A DNA stretch of 64,000 nucleotides from OCS116 cluster bacterium AG-390-I16 (GTDB lineage Bacteria; Pseudomonadota; Alphaproteobacteria; MED-G09): contig QCGZ01000005.1 in NCBI GenBank assembly GCA_003279705.1, positions 304-64,303 of the forward strand, written 5' to 3'. Below are positions 1 through 9,768 of this stretch, piece by piece; within the stretch, counting starts at the first letter, position 1; every line of letters begins with the position of its first letter. The notes under the pieces are model-generated. The model was not told the DNA's origin, ran no database searches, and worked only from the letters and a program-made list of their open reading frames with translations. Position numbers and translations under genes: made by a program.

Positions 1-1
1 G

Positions 2-670
2 AGCTTTAAAAATATAAATGATGTAGGGCAAAGAATGGATGGATCTATAATAAAAAATCCATCCCTGGAAGAACTAATAAACCTAATTTTTCTTAATGAT
101 GTTGATGAAGATTTAGAACCATATGAAGACAGTGAAGGTAATTTAAATTTTTTTAGAATAGATAATATTAATTATTCTCAACAAATCCCTCTTAATGAGG
201 CAATGGAAAATATTAAACTTTCTATTTTAGAAAATAAATCTATAGAAAATGTAAAAACTAAATCCAAAGAAATTTTTGATAGATTAAACGAGTATAATAA
301 TAACCTTGATTTTATTTCTGATGAAAACGGTTTAGCAATAGCAACAAGTGGTATTTTAAGCAGAACATCCTCAAATGAAATATTCACAAGTAAAGCATTA
401 AGTGAAATTTTTAAAACTGAAAAAGGTTCATCCTTCATTGTTAATGCGGCAATAGGAAATAGTATTGTAATAGGAAAAGTAAGTAATATTGATCTTCTAG
501 AAAAAACTGAAGAAAGAATGGAAGCAACTAATGAAATTAATAAATCAAGACTTGAAAACGATTTGATTGTATCCCTTGCTGAAGAACATCAAAAAGAATT
601 ATCATCAGAGATATTTTTGGACAGACTTAATCTACTCTTTGAAAATCAAGAGGCTGAAGGGTCATTCTAA
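2..670 (+). CDS. C-terminal part of a PpiD/SurA-like periplasmic chaperone candidate; 5' end lies outside the window
   Basis: The frame of ORF 35..670 stays open back to position 2, so the gene is cut by the window edge. No catalytic motif is recognisable. The call rests only on its position directly upstream of trpE, where alphaproteobacteria often carry a ppiD-like gene. Confidence 0.3.
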   Translation, partial: SFKNINDVGQRMDGSIIKNPSLEELINLIFLNDVDEDLEPYEDSEGNLNFFRIDNINYSQQIPLNEAMENIKLSILENKSIENVKTKSKEIFDRLNEYNNNLDFISDENGLAIATSGILSRTSSNEIFTSKALSEIFKTEKGSSFIVNAAIGNSIVIGKVSNIDLLEKTEERMEATNEINKSRLENDLIVSLAEEHQKELSSEIFLDRLNLLFENQEAEGSF

Positions 671-673
671 GAA

Positions 674-2164
674 ATGAAAAAAATTAAAATCGAACAAAAT
701 TTTGCTGATTTCAAAAAAAACTATGATCAAAATAAAACTCAAATAATTAGTAGCAAACTAATTAATCAAGAAGAAACTATCATTTCTGCTTATTTAAAAG
801 TTGCAGAAAAGCTTGAAAACTCATTTATTTTTGAGTCTCTTGAGGACGGAGAAGAAAAGGGAAGATTTTCTATTATAGGACTTAAACCTGATAAAATTCT
901 AAAACTTAAAAATCAATCTATTACCATTGAAGAGAATGATAAAGAAATTATTAAAAGTGAAGGAAATGTTAATCAAATAATTAGTAATTTTATAAGTGAA
1001 AATATTTTTGAATTTTCTGATAAATTTCCACCAATAGCTTCAGGAATTTTTGGTTATATTGGTTATGATTTTGTGAGAAATATTGAAGATCTTCCAAACC
1101 AAAATAGAGATACCTTAGGTTTACCAGACTCTATTCTGCTTAGACCATCTCAGGTAATTGTTTTTGATAATAAAACAAAAGAAATTTCTCTTATTACTTT
1201 TTCTAGACCAAAAAAGGATATCTCTGCTGAAGAGAGTATCGAAATAGCTAAAAAAAACTTATTTAACCTTTATGATAAATTAGAAAAAAAAGAATTTATT
1301 AAAACAAATAAAATAAATCAAACAACTCTTGAAGCACCAAAGTCAAATACTTCAAAAGAGGAATATTTTGAAATGGTTAAAAAGGCACGTGATTATATAA
1401 AAGCTGGAGATATTTTTCAGGTTGTACCAAGTCAGAGATTTTATGCTCCATTCAAAATACATCCATTTGAATTATATAAATCATTAAGGAAAATAAATCC
1501 TTCGCCTTACATGTATTACTTAAATTTAAAGGATTTCTATATTGTTGGATCAAGCCCAGAAACCCTAGTTAAAAAAGAAAAAAGAAAAATTACTATTAAA
1601 CCAATAGCAGGTACAAGATTAAAAATACAAGGATCCAACAGAGAGATTGCAGAAGAACTTTTATCAGACCCCAAAGAAAGAGCTGAACATTTAATGCTAT
1701 TAGATCTAGGAAGAAATGATGTAGGAAAAGTTTCTAAAATAGGAACCGTTAATGTTAAAAACCCTTTCAATATTCAAGAAACCTCTCACTTGCTTCATAT
1801 TGTTTCTACAGTCGAGGGAGAATTAAGAGATAATGATAATGAAATAACTTCTTTATCAGCTGGTTTTCCAGCAGGTACTGTTTCAGGAGCTCCAAAAATA
1901 AGAGCAATGGAAATTATTGATGAATTAGAAAAAGAAAAAAGAGGAATTTATGCCGGAGCTGTAGGATATTTCTCCTCAAATGGGGATATGGATACAGCAA
2001 TAGCTCTCAGAACAGCTATTATAAAAGATGATATAATGTATGTTCAGGCTGGAGGTGGAGTTGTTTATGACTCTAACGAAGAATATGAATATAATGAAAC
2101 AGTTAATAAATCACAGGCACTTTTTTCAGCTGCAAAAGATGCCATTAAGAGAAATTTAAAATAA
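674..2164 (+). CDS. trpE: anthranilate synthase component I
   Basis: 496 aa. Chorismate-binding motifs LLSDPKERAEHLMLLDLGRNDVGKV and GIYAGAVGYFS. Followed by trpG with 0-nt spacing. Confidence 0.95.
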   Translation: MKKIKIEQNFADFKKNYDQNKTQIISSKLINQEETIISAYLKVAEKLENSFIFESLEDGEEKGRFSIIGLKPDKILKLKNQSITIEENDKEIIKSEGNVNQIISNFISENIFEFSDKFPPIASGIFGYIGYDFVRNIEDLPNQNRDTLGLPDSILLRPSQVIVFDNKTKEISLITFSRPKKDISAEESIEIAKKNLFNLYDKLEKKEFIKTNKINQTTLEAPKSNTSKEEYFEMVKKARDYIKAGDIFQVVPSQRFYAPFKIHPFELYKSLRKINPSPYMYYLNLKDFYIVGSSPETLVKKEKRKITIKPIAGTRLKIQGSNREIAEELLSDPKERAEHLMLLDLGRNDVGKVSKIGTVNVKNPFNIQETSHLLHIVSTVEGELRDNDNEITSLSAGFPAGTVSGAPKIRAMEIIDELEKEKRGIYAGAVGYFSSNGDMDTAIALRTAIIKDDIMYVQAGGGVVYDSNEEYEYNETVNKSQALFSAAKDAIKRNLK

Positions 2165-2731
2165 ATGATTATTTTAATAGATAATTACGATAGCTTTACA
2201 TGGAATTTATATCATTTTCTTGGTGACTTAGGTTGCAAAATTGAAGTTCACAGAAATGACAAAATTTCTGTTTCTGACGTAATAAAATTAAAACCAAAAC
2301 AAATAGTTATATCCCCTGGGCCATGCGATCCTAATTCAGCAGGAATATCAATGAACCTTGTTAGTGCAGCAATAGAGAATGATATTCCTCTTTTAGGTGT
2401 TTGTTTAGGTCATCAATCAATTGCTCAAGCCATGGGAGGAGAAATTATTAGGTGTCATGAAATAATTCATGGAAAAACAGACAGTATTTTTAATGATCAA
2501 AAAACTATTTTTAACGGATTGCCTGATAATTTTAAAGCAACTAGATATCATTCTTTGGTTGTTTCTAATGATAGTTTACCCAACAATATAGAAATATCTG
2601 CAAGGACTAATGATGGAATAATAATGGGAATAAGACATAAAGAGTCAAGAGTGGAAGGTATTCAGTTCCATCCAGAGAGTATTGCCACTGATTTTGGTCA
2701 TAAAATACTTGAAAACTTTATAGGACTATAA
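2165..2731 (+). CDS. trpG: anthranilate synthase component II (glutamine amidotransferase)
   Basis: 188 aa. Class I GATase triad context LLGVCLGHQSIA and GIQFHPESI. Confidence 0.93.
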   Translation: MIILIDNYDSFTWNLYHFLGDLGCKIEVHRNDKISVSDVIKLKPKQIVISPGPCDPNSAGISMNLVSAAIENDIPLLGVCLGHQSIAQAMGGEIIRCHEIIHGKTDSIFNDQKTIFNGLPDNFKATRYHSLVVSNDSLPNNIEISARTNDGIIMGIRHKESRVEGIQFHPESIATDFGHKILENFIGL

Positions 2732-3745
2732 ATGACAGACTTTAATAATATATTATCTAAGGTTTCATCTAAAGACGGTTTATCTGATGAAGAGAGTTAT
2801 TTTTCCTTTAATTATATTTTAGATGGTAAGGCAAGTGAGAAACAAATAGAAAAATTCCTTCTTGGTTTGAGAGAGAGAGGAGAAAAAATTGAGGAAATAA
2901 CTGCTGCTACTAGAGTAATGAGAGAAAAATCCTCAAAAGTTTCTGCGCCTGATAACGCAATTGATACTTGTGGAACTGGAGGTAGCGGATCTGGTAAATA
3001 TAATATATCTACAGCTGCTTCATTGGTGGCTGCTGGAGCTGGTGCAGTTATTGCAAAGCATGGAAACAGGGCTTTATCATCAAAATCTGGTTCATCACAA
3101 GTCTTGGAAGAGCTGGGTGTTAAATTAGATATAGAACCAAAAAAAATCACCGAATGCATGGAAAAATCTAATATTGGCTTTATGTTTGCGCCAAATCATC
3201 ACCCTGCAATGAAATATGTTGGGCCTGTAAGACAAAAACTAAAAGTAAGGACAATTTTTAATATTCTTGGTCCACTGTCAAATCCTGCGAATGTGAAAAA
3301 GCAATTAATTGGTGTTTTCGATAAAAATTGGCTCGAGCCAATGGCGGAAACTTTGAGGAATCTTGGTTCGCATAAGGCTTTATTAGTAAACGGATCAGAC
3401 GGTTTTGATGAACTGACTACAACTGGAGTTTCATATGTTGCCGAATTAAATGACGGCAATATAAAAACCTACGAAATTAGTCCTGAAAAATTAAACTTAA
3501 AATTATCAAGATTTGATGATCTTATTGGTGGTGATCCAGAGCAAAATGCAAAAAAAATCATTAGTCTTCTTGAGGGAGAAAAAGGTCCTTATAGAGACAT
3601 AGTTTTATTAAATTCAGCTGCTGCCTTATATGTTGATGGTAAAGTTAAAAACCTTAAAGATGGAATTTCTATGTCAGAAAATTCTATAGACAATGGAAGA
3701 GCTAAAATTGCTCTAAATAATCTAGTAAGGACTTCAAACTCATGA
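2732..3745 (+). CDS. trpD: anthranilate phosphoribosyltransferase
   Basis: 337 aa. Motifs DTCGTGGSGSGKYNISTA and AKHGNRALSSKSGS. ATGA overlap with trpC. Confidence 0.95.
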   Translation: MTDFNNILSKVSSKDGLSDEESYFSFNYILDGKASEKQIEKFLLGLRERGEKIEEITAATRVMREKSSKVSAPDNAIDTCGTGGSGSGKYNISTAASLVAAGAGAVIAKHGNRALSSKSGSSQVLEELGVKLDIEPKKITECMEKSNIGFMFAPNHHPAMKYVGPVRQKLKVRTIFNILGPLSNPANVKKQLIGVFDKNWLEPMAETLRNLGSHKALLVNGSDGFDELTTTGVSYVAELNDGNIKTYEISPEKLNLKLSRFDDLIGGDPEQNAKKIISLLEGEKGPYRDIVLLNSAAALYVDGKVKNLKDGISMSENSIDNGRAKIALNNLVRTSNS

Positions 3746-4539
3746 AAAATATCCTAGAAAAAATTGTAGATTATAAAAAATTAGAAGTAGAAAATAGTAA
3801 AAAACAATCGCCAATAAAAAATATTGAAAAAAAAATTATAGAAATAGATCCCGCAATTGATTTTAAAGAAAAACTTCAAGAAAAAAATAACATTGGGAAG
3901 GCGGGAATAATTGCTGAAATTAAAAAGGCAAGTCCTTCAAAAGGAGTAATAAGAAAAAATTTTAATCATATAGAAATAGCTAAAGAATATGTTAAAGGTG
4001 GGGCCGCTTGCTTATCGATTTTAACTGATACCCCATCTTTTCAAGGTTCGCCTGAATATCTAAAAGATATTAAAAAATTTGTTAAATTACCAATTTTAAG
4101 AAAAGACTTTATGGTTGATACCTATCAGGTATTTGAATCTAGATCATGGGGCTCAGATTGTATTTTAATCATAATGAGGATTTTAAGTGACTTAGAAATT
4201 GATAAACTTGTAAATACAGCAAGAGATTTAAAAATGAGTATTTTGTTTGAAGTTCATTCAGAAGAAGAAGTTATTAGGGCGCTAAAGTTCAATCCTAATT
4301 TGATAGGTATTAATAATAGAAATCTTGAAAACTTCAAAACGGATATTAACAATAGTATCGAAATTAAAAGAATTATCCCTGATGACGTCTTAATAATAAG
4401 TGAGTCTGGAATAAAATCTCCAGAAGATATAAGTTTTCTTGGAAAAGAGAATATTAATAACTTTTTAATAGGAGAGTCCCTTATGAAATCAAATAAAATA
4501 AGCGAAGATCTCAATCTGTTAGTCAATAAAGGAAAATAA
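3742..4539 (+). CDS. trpC: indole-3-glycerol phosphate synthase
   Basis: 265 aa. Motifs IIAEIKKASPSKGVI and LPILRKDFMVD. Confidence 0.93.
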   Translation: MKNILEKIVDYKKLEVENSKKQSPIKNIEKKIIEIDPAIDFKEKLQEKNNIGKAGIIAEIKKASPSKGVIRKNFNHIEIAKEYVKGGAACLSILTDTPSFQGSPEYLKDIKKFVKLPILRKDFMVDTYQVFESRSWGSDCILIIMRILSDLEIDKLVNTARDLKMSILFEVHSEEEVIRALKFNPNLIGINNRNLENFKTDINNSIEIKRIIPDDVLIISESGIKSPEDISFLGKENINNFLIGESLMKSNKISEDLNLLVNKGK

Positions 4540-5009
4540 TGTCTAAAATATCTCATTTAAATAAAAAAGGTGAAGCGCATATGGTTAACGTAGGCGAGAA
4601 AGAAATATCAAAAAGATGTGCGATAGCTGAAGGTATAGTAAGAGTTGAAAGTACCACAATTGAAAAAATTAAAAAAGATAAACTGCCTAAAGGAGATCTT
4701 TTTGGAACTGCTAGAATAGCAGGAATTATGGCTGCAAAAAAAACTTCTGAATTAATACCTCTTTGTCATAATTTACTTATATCATCAGTAGAAATAGAAA
4801 TTAAATTGGTTAAAAATGATATTTATGTTTTAAGTAGTGTTAAATGTGATGGTAAAACTGGTGTTGAAATGGAAGCTTTAACAGCTGTTTCTGTATCATG
4901 TTTAACTATTTACGATATGTTAAAGGGATTAGATAAAAATGCTTTTATTGCCAATATTCAACTTTTAGAAAAAAGTGGGGGTAAGTCTGGTGACTGGAAA
5001 AGAAAATAA
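4539..5009 (+). CDS. moaC: cyclic pyranopterin monophosphate synthase
   Basis: 156 aa. Motif GVEMEALTAVSVSCLTIYDMLK. TAATG overlap with the trpC stop. Confidence 0.93.
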   Translation: MSKISHLNKKGEAHMVNVGEKEISKRCAIAEGIVRVESTTIEKIKKDKLPKGDLFGTARIAGIMAAKKTSELIPLCHNLLISSVEIEIKLVKNDIYVLSSVKCDGKTGVEMEALTAVSVSCLTIYDMLKGLDKNAFIANIQLLEKSGGKSGDWKRK

Positions 5010-6204
5010 TCCCATTTCAGTAAAGGATGCAAAAGAGAGAATTCTAAAATCAATAAAACCAATTAATAGAACTGAAAAAATAAATATAAAAGACTCTCTA
5101 AATAGAATTCTATCAAAATCAATTAAAGCAAAAAGAACTCAACCCGCTTTTAATACATCTGCTATGGATGGCTATGCAACTAAAAAAAATTATTTAAAAG
5201 CAATTCCAAAATGTTTGGATATTATTGGAGAAACCAAAGCAGGCGATAAAAGTAAATTTAAATTAAAGAAAGACCAAGCTGTTAGAGTTTTTACAGGCTC
5301 ATTTTTGCCAGAAGGTTGTGATAAAGTTATTCTTCAAGAAAATTGTGAAAGAAATAAAGATAAAGTTTATGTTAAAGAAGTTAATAGTGAGAGCTATATA
5401 AGAGAAAAAGGAGAAGATTTTTTTCAAAATGATCAATGTTTACTAAAATCCTCAATCATGGACTTCGGTAATATTGCACTTGCAGGGGCAATGAATTACA
5501 AATTAATTGAGGTTTATAGAAAACCAAAAATAGGAATTATTGCCAATGGAAATGAATTATTTGAGCCTGGTAATAAAAATCAACAAGTAAAACAACCTGC
5601 ATCAACAAAACCATCAATAATGTCATCAGTTAATGCCTGGGGTGGAGATGCTGTTGATTTAGGTATTGCAAAAGATACAGTAAATTCTCTTAAATCAAAA
5701 TTAAAAAAAGGTCTATCTTGTGACATGATCGTTACTATCGGCGGAGCATCAATCGGTGATTATGATTTAGTATACAAATCATTAAAAGAAATGAATTTTA
5801 AGCTTAATTTTTGGAAAATAAAAATGAAGCCTGGAAAACCACTTATGTTTGGCTACTTAAAAAATAAACCAATAATTGGTTTACCAGGAAACCCTGTATC
5901 ATCAATGGTATGCGCACAATTATTTTTAAAACAATCAATCTATAAACTTCAAAATCATAATTATAATGAAAATATTTTTGATTTTCGTTTAGGCAAAGAT
6001 CTACCAAAGAATAATTGGCGAGAAAGTTATGTAAGGGGTTATATATCAAAAAATACTAATAATCAGATTGTTGCAATGCCAATTTCTAACCAAGATAGTT
6101 CATCTTTATCTTCCTATGCTATTGCTGATTTACTTATAATTAGAGAACCTAACGCCAGAAAAATAAAAAAAAATTCATTAGTAAAGGCTATAATTCTTAA
6201 TTAA
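4975..6204 (+). CDS. moeA: molybdopterin molybdenumtransferase
   Basis: 409 aa from a GTG start overlapping the moaC end; the exact start is uncertain. Motifs SAMDGYA, TIGGASIGDYD, MKPGKPL, GLPGNPVSS. Confidence 0.9.
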   Translation: MGVSLVTGKENNPISVKDAKERILKSIKPINRTEKINIKDSLNRILSKSIKAKRTQPAFNTSAMDGYATKKNYLKAIPKCLDIIGETKAGDKSKFKLKKDQAVRVFTGSFLPEGCDKVILQENCERNKDKVYVKEVNSESYIREKGEDFFQNDQCLLKSSIMDFGNIALAGAMNYKLIEVYRKPKIGIIANGNELFEPGNKNQQVKQPASTKPSIMSSVNAWGGDAVDLGIAKDTVNSLKSKLKKGLSCDMIVTIGGASIGDYDLVYKSLKEMNFKLNFWKIKMKPGKPLMFGYLKNKPIIGLPGNPVSSMVCAQLFLKQSIYKLQNHNYNENIFDFRLGKDLPKNNWRESYVRGYISKNTNNQIVAMPISNQDSSSLSSYAIADLLIIREPNARKIKKNSLVKAIILN

Positions 6205-6231
6205 TTTTTAATAATACTTGACGAAAATAGA

Positions 6232-6264
6232 GAACAAAAGTAAAACATCGTTCTACTTTAGTTC
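6232..6264 (+). promoter_or_regulatory. LexA operator (SOS boxes) in the lexA promoter
   Basis: A perfect alphaproteobacterial direct-repeat box GTTC-TACTTTA-GTTC lies at 6250..6264. A degenerate inverted copy GAAC-AAAAGTA-AAAC lies at 6232..6246. They overlap a candidate sigma-70 promoter, TTGACG (6218..6223)-N17-TAAAAC (6241..6246). Confidence 0.75.
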
Positions 6265-6295
6265 TTTATTTTAATTAAAGATGGGGATTGAGAAT

Positions 6296-6976
6296 ATGTT
6301 AACAAAAAAGCAAAATGAATTATTAATCTATATTAATCAAAACTTAAGAGAAACTGGTGTTGCCCCCTCTTACGAGGAAATGAGAGAGGCTCTTGACCTA
6401 AGGTCAAAATCAGGAATACATCGCTTAATAAACGCACTCGAAGAAAGAGGTTTTATTAGAAGATTACCTCATAGAGCTAGAGCTATAGAAGTTACGAAAC
6501 TTCCATCAGCCTCCTCTCATAATAAAAAAGCAAATTTCAATCCAGAACTTATAAATGGTGAAAAGAAAGAATTTAAAGATGAAATTTTTGAAAATCTTCA
6601 AGAACTTAAAATGATGGGTAAAATTGCTGCGGGTACACCTATAGCAGCAATTGAATATGAGAAGAATAAAATATCTGTTCCAAATCACATGGTTGGATCA
6701 GGAGAACATTATGCCCTGGAAATTGAAGGGGACTCAATGATTGGTGCGGGCATTTTAGATGGTGATACCGCAATAATTAAAAAAGCTGATGATGCATATT
6801 CAGGTGAAATTATAGTTGCTTTAATTGATGGTGAAGAAGCAACATTAAAAAGATTAAGAAAAAAAGGAGAGACTATTGCGCTTGAACCAGCAAATAGTGC
6901 TTACGAAACAAAAATATATGGCCCAGATAGAGTGCAGGTTCAAGGTACTTTAGTTGGAATACTAAGATCATACTAA
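6296..6976 (+). CDS. lexA: LexA repressor
   Basis: The ORF is 6281..6976. Homologues start MLT.KQ..LL, so the ATG at 6296 is preferred. S24 peptidase motifs [13 protein letters not shown] (Ser) and ATLKRL (Lys). Confidence 0.95.
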   Translation: MLTKKQNELLIYINQNLRETGVAPSYEEMREALDLRSKSGIHRLINALEERGFIRRLPHRARAIEVTKLPSASSHNKKANFNPELINGEKKEFKDEIFENLQELKMMGKIAAGTPIAAIEYEKNKISVPNHMVGSGEHYALEIEGDSMIGAGILDGDTAIIKKADDAYSGEIIVALIDGEEATLKRLRKKGETIALEPANSAYETKIYGPDRVQVQGTLVGILRSY

Positions 6977-7055
6977 TTCATATATTAATTTACTTGAAAA
7001 ATAGTAACTTTTCCTAAACAATTAAGACCGTTAAAAAGTCTGGAATTTAATTAAA

Positions 7056-8231
7056 GTGAATAATAAAACTCAAGTAGTAACTCGATTTGCACCGTCGCCT
7101 ACAGGATATTTGCATATTGGAGGTGTTAGAACTGCTTTATTCAATTGGCTTTATGCAAGAAAAAATAATGGTAAATTTCTTCTTAGAATTGAAGATACAG
7201 ATCAAAAAAGATCTAGCTTGGATGCTATTAATATAATTTTAGAGGGTCTTGAATGGCTTGGCATAAATTATAATGACATCCCAATTTACCAAAACAGTAA
7301 TATTAATAGACATAAAGAAATTGCTAATAAACTCTTAAATGAAGGTAAAGCATATAAATGCTGGGCCTCAAAAGAAGAGTTATTAGGAATGAAAAAAATA
7401 GCTCAAAAGAATAACTCTAATATTGGATACAATGGTCTATGGCGCGATAAAGAGCCTACTAATAATGAACTTGGAAAACCCTATACAATAAGATTTAAAG
7501 CAAAAAAAAATGGTGAAACTATTGTTAATGATAAAGTTCAAGGTGATGTATTGTTTCAAAATAATAGTATTGAAGATTTTATTATCCTTAGATCTGATGG
7601 ATCACCAACATATATGCTATCTGCTGTAGTAGATGATCATGATATGATGGTTACCGATATTATTAGAGGTGATGATCATTTAAACAATACTGCAAAACAA
7701 ATTCAGATATATAACGCGCTGGATTGGAAAATACCTAAGTTTTCACATATTCCTCTTATTCATGGGGATGACGGTTCAAAACTTTCGAAACGCCACGGTG
7801 CATTGGGTATAGATTATTATGAAAAAAAAGGCTTTCTTCCTGAAGCAATTAAAAATTATTTATTAAGATTAGGTTGGAGCCATGGTGATAAAGAGATATT
7901 TAGTGAAGAAGAAATGATTAAACTATTTAATCTCAAGAACATCAGAAAATCCTCATCAAGACTAGATATAGAAAAATTAAAAAGTGTTAATAACTTTTAT
8001 ATTAAAAATAAAAATAATAATGAATTATTTGATCTTATAAAAATAAAAAATATAGAATTTAGTAAATACGAAACATCAATCCTTAAGATTTTACCGGAAA
8101 TAAAAACTAAAACAAAAACAATAGATGAGCTAATTGAATCTGTAGAATTTATTTTTCAAAAAAGGCCAATAAAGTTAAATGAAAAAGCTGCTGAAATTTT
8201 AACAATTGATGCAAAAAAAAATATTATCTGA
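7056..8231 (+). CDS. gltX: glutamyl-tRNA synthetase, N-terminal about 388 codons (catalytic domain); frame lost in an A9 run
   Basis: GTG start. HIGH motif in RFAPSPTGYLHIGGVRTALFNW and KMSKS motif KLSKRHG. The ORF terminates 3 codons after the A9 run at 8213..8221. Confidence 0.9.
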   Translation: MNNKTQVVTRFAPSPTGYLHIGGVRTALFNWLYARKNNGKFLLRIEDTDQKRSSLDAINIILEGLEWLGINYNDIPIYQNSNINRHKEIANKLLNEGKAYKCWASKEELLGMKKIAQKNNSNIGYNGLWRDKEPTNNELGKPYTIRFKAKKNGETIVNDKVQGDVLFQNNSIEDFIILRSDGSPTYMLSAVVDDHDMMVTDIIRGDDHLNNTAKQIQIYNALDWKIPKFSHIPLIHGDDGSKLSKRHGALGIDYYEKKGFLPEAIKNYLLRLGWSHGDKEIFSEEEMIKLFNLKNIRKSSSRLDIEKLKSVNNFYIKNKNNNELFDLIKIKNIEFSKYETSILKILPEIKTKTKTIDELIESVEFIFQKRPIKLNEKAAEILTIDAKKNII

Positions 8232-8448
8232 AATTAAAAAAAATATAGAAACCCTTGATACTTGGGACATTAATAATATAGAACAGTTGTTAAAAGATTT
8301 TTCTTCTTTTAAAGGTATAAAGTTTAAAGATATAGGCTTACCTCTAAGAGCGGTTTTAACTGGAACGCTGAGTTCACCAAGTATATATAATGTTCTTGAT
8401 TGTTTAGGAAAAGATGAAGTATTAAATCGTATAGATGATGTTCTATAA
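8206..8448 (+). CDS. gltX: glutamyl-tRNA synthetase, C-terminal about 75 codons (end of the anticodon-binding domain) in the +1 frame
   Basis: It continues the GluRS homology (LPLRAVLTG..SPSIYNVLDCLGKDEVLNRI). It has no ATG or SD of its own beyond the TTG/ATG inside the previous ORF. It joins ORF 7056..8231 if the A9 run is read as A8. Confidence 0.8.
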   Translation: MMQKKILSEIKKNIETLDTWDINNIEQLLKDFSSFKGIKFKDIGLPLRAVLTGTLSSPSIYNVLDCLGKDEVLNRIDDVL

Positions 8449-8468
8449 TTAATAATAAGGGATAAACT

Positions 8469-9767
8469 ATGTCAGATAAAAGCTCTGAAAATGCTAAATT
8501 AAAATTAAATAATAATGAAATAGATTATAATGTTGCCGAAGGAACCATCGGGCCTGATGTAATTGATATTTCCAAACTTTACTCTGATACTGGTAAATTC
8601 ACCTATGATCCTGGTTTTACTTCAACAGCAAGCTGTAAATCCTCTATTACTTATATCGACGGAGAAGAGGGAACCTTACTATATAGAGGTTACCCAATAG
8701 AACAATTAGCAGAAAAAGGTAATTATTTAGAAACATGCTATTTATTACTAAACGGAGAACTTCCAAATAAGAAAGAATTTGAAGAATTTGATAGTATAAT
8801 TACAAATCATACTATGGTTCATGAACAATTGAATAGATTTTTTGGTGGTTTTAGACCAGACGCACATCCAATGGCTATAATGTGTGGAGTTGTTGGAGCT
8901 TTATCAGCCTTCTATCATGACTCCACAGATATTAATGACCCAGAACAGAGAAAAATTGCATGTTTCCGATTAATAGCAAAAATGCCAACATTAGCTGCTA
9001 TGGCTTACAAACATTCATTAGGTCAGCCGGCTATATATCCTAAAAATGAACTTAGCTATGCATCTAACTTCCTTAATATGTGCTTTGGTGTTCCAACTGA
9101 AGATAAAGGGGTTGATGAGACTATGTCCAGAGCTATGGATAAAATCCTTATACTACACGCTGATCATGAGCAAAATGCATCAACCTCAACAGTAAGACTA
9201 GCTGGATCATCTGGGGCAAATCCTTTTGCCTGTATAGCTTCAGGAATAGCGTGCTTATGGGGACCTGCCCATGGGGGTGCTAATGAAGCATGTCTAAGAA
9301 TGCTCGATGAAATTGGAAATGTAAAAAATATACCTGAATTTATTAACAAAGCAAAAGACAAAAATGATCCATTTAGGCTAATGGGTTTTGGTCATAGAGT
9401 ATATAAAAACTATGATCCAAGAGCAAAAGTTATGCAAAAAACGTGTCATGAGCTTCTCGATCATCTTGGTCTAAAAAATGATCCAAAGTTAGCAATTGCA
9501 ATGGAATTAGAAAAAATTGCTCTGGAAGATGAGTATTTTATTGAAAAGAAATTATATCCCAATGTAGATTTTTATTCAGGAATAGTCATGAAAGCTATGG
9601 GCTTCCCTATGGAAATGTTTACTGTATTGTTTGCTGTTGGAAGAACTGTTGGATGGGTTTCTCAGTGGGACGAAATGATTGAAGATAAAAGCCAAAGAAT
9701 TGGAAGACCAAGACAGCTTTATGTAGGGAACCCTGGTAGAGATTATCAAGATATTAGCAGAAGATAA
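8469..9767 (+). CDS. gltA: citrate synthase
   Basis: 432 aa. Motifs [11 protein letters not shown] and [14 protein letters not shown]. Confidence 0.96.
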   Translation: MSDKSSENAKLKLNNNEIDYNVAEGTIGPDVIDISKLYSDTGKFTYDPGFTSTASCKSSITYIDGEEGTLLYRGYPIEQLAEKGNYLETCYLLLNGELPNKKEFEEFDSIITNHTMVHEQLNRFFGGFRPDAHPMAIMCGVVGALSAFYHDSTDINDPEQRKIACFRLIAKMPTLAAMAYKHSLGQPAIYPKNELSYASNFLNMCFGVPTEDKGVDETMSRAMDKILILHADHEQNASTSTVRLAGSSGANPFACIASGIACLWGPAHGGANEACLRMLDEIGNVKNIPEFINKAKDKNDPFRLMGFGHRVYKNYDPRAKVMQKTCHELLDHLGLKNDPKLAIAMELEKIALEDEYFIEKKLYPNVDFYSGIVMKAMGFPMEMFTVLFAVGRTVGWVSQWDEMIEDKSQRIGRPRQLYVGNPGRDYQDISRR

Positions 9768-9768
9768 T

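Noticed and set aside
7056-8231. ORF 7056..8231 as a naturally truncated GluRS paralogue (GluQRS/YadB-like).
   Set aside because: At 391 aa it extends well into the anticodon-binding domain. The missing C-terminus is present immediately downstream in the +1 frame, and the break lies in an A9 run.
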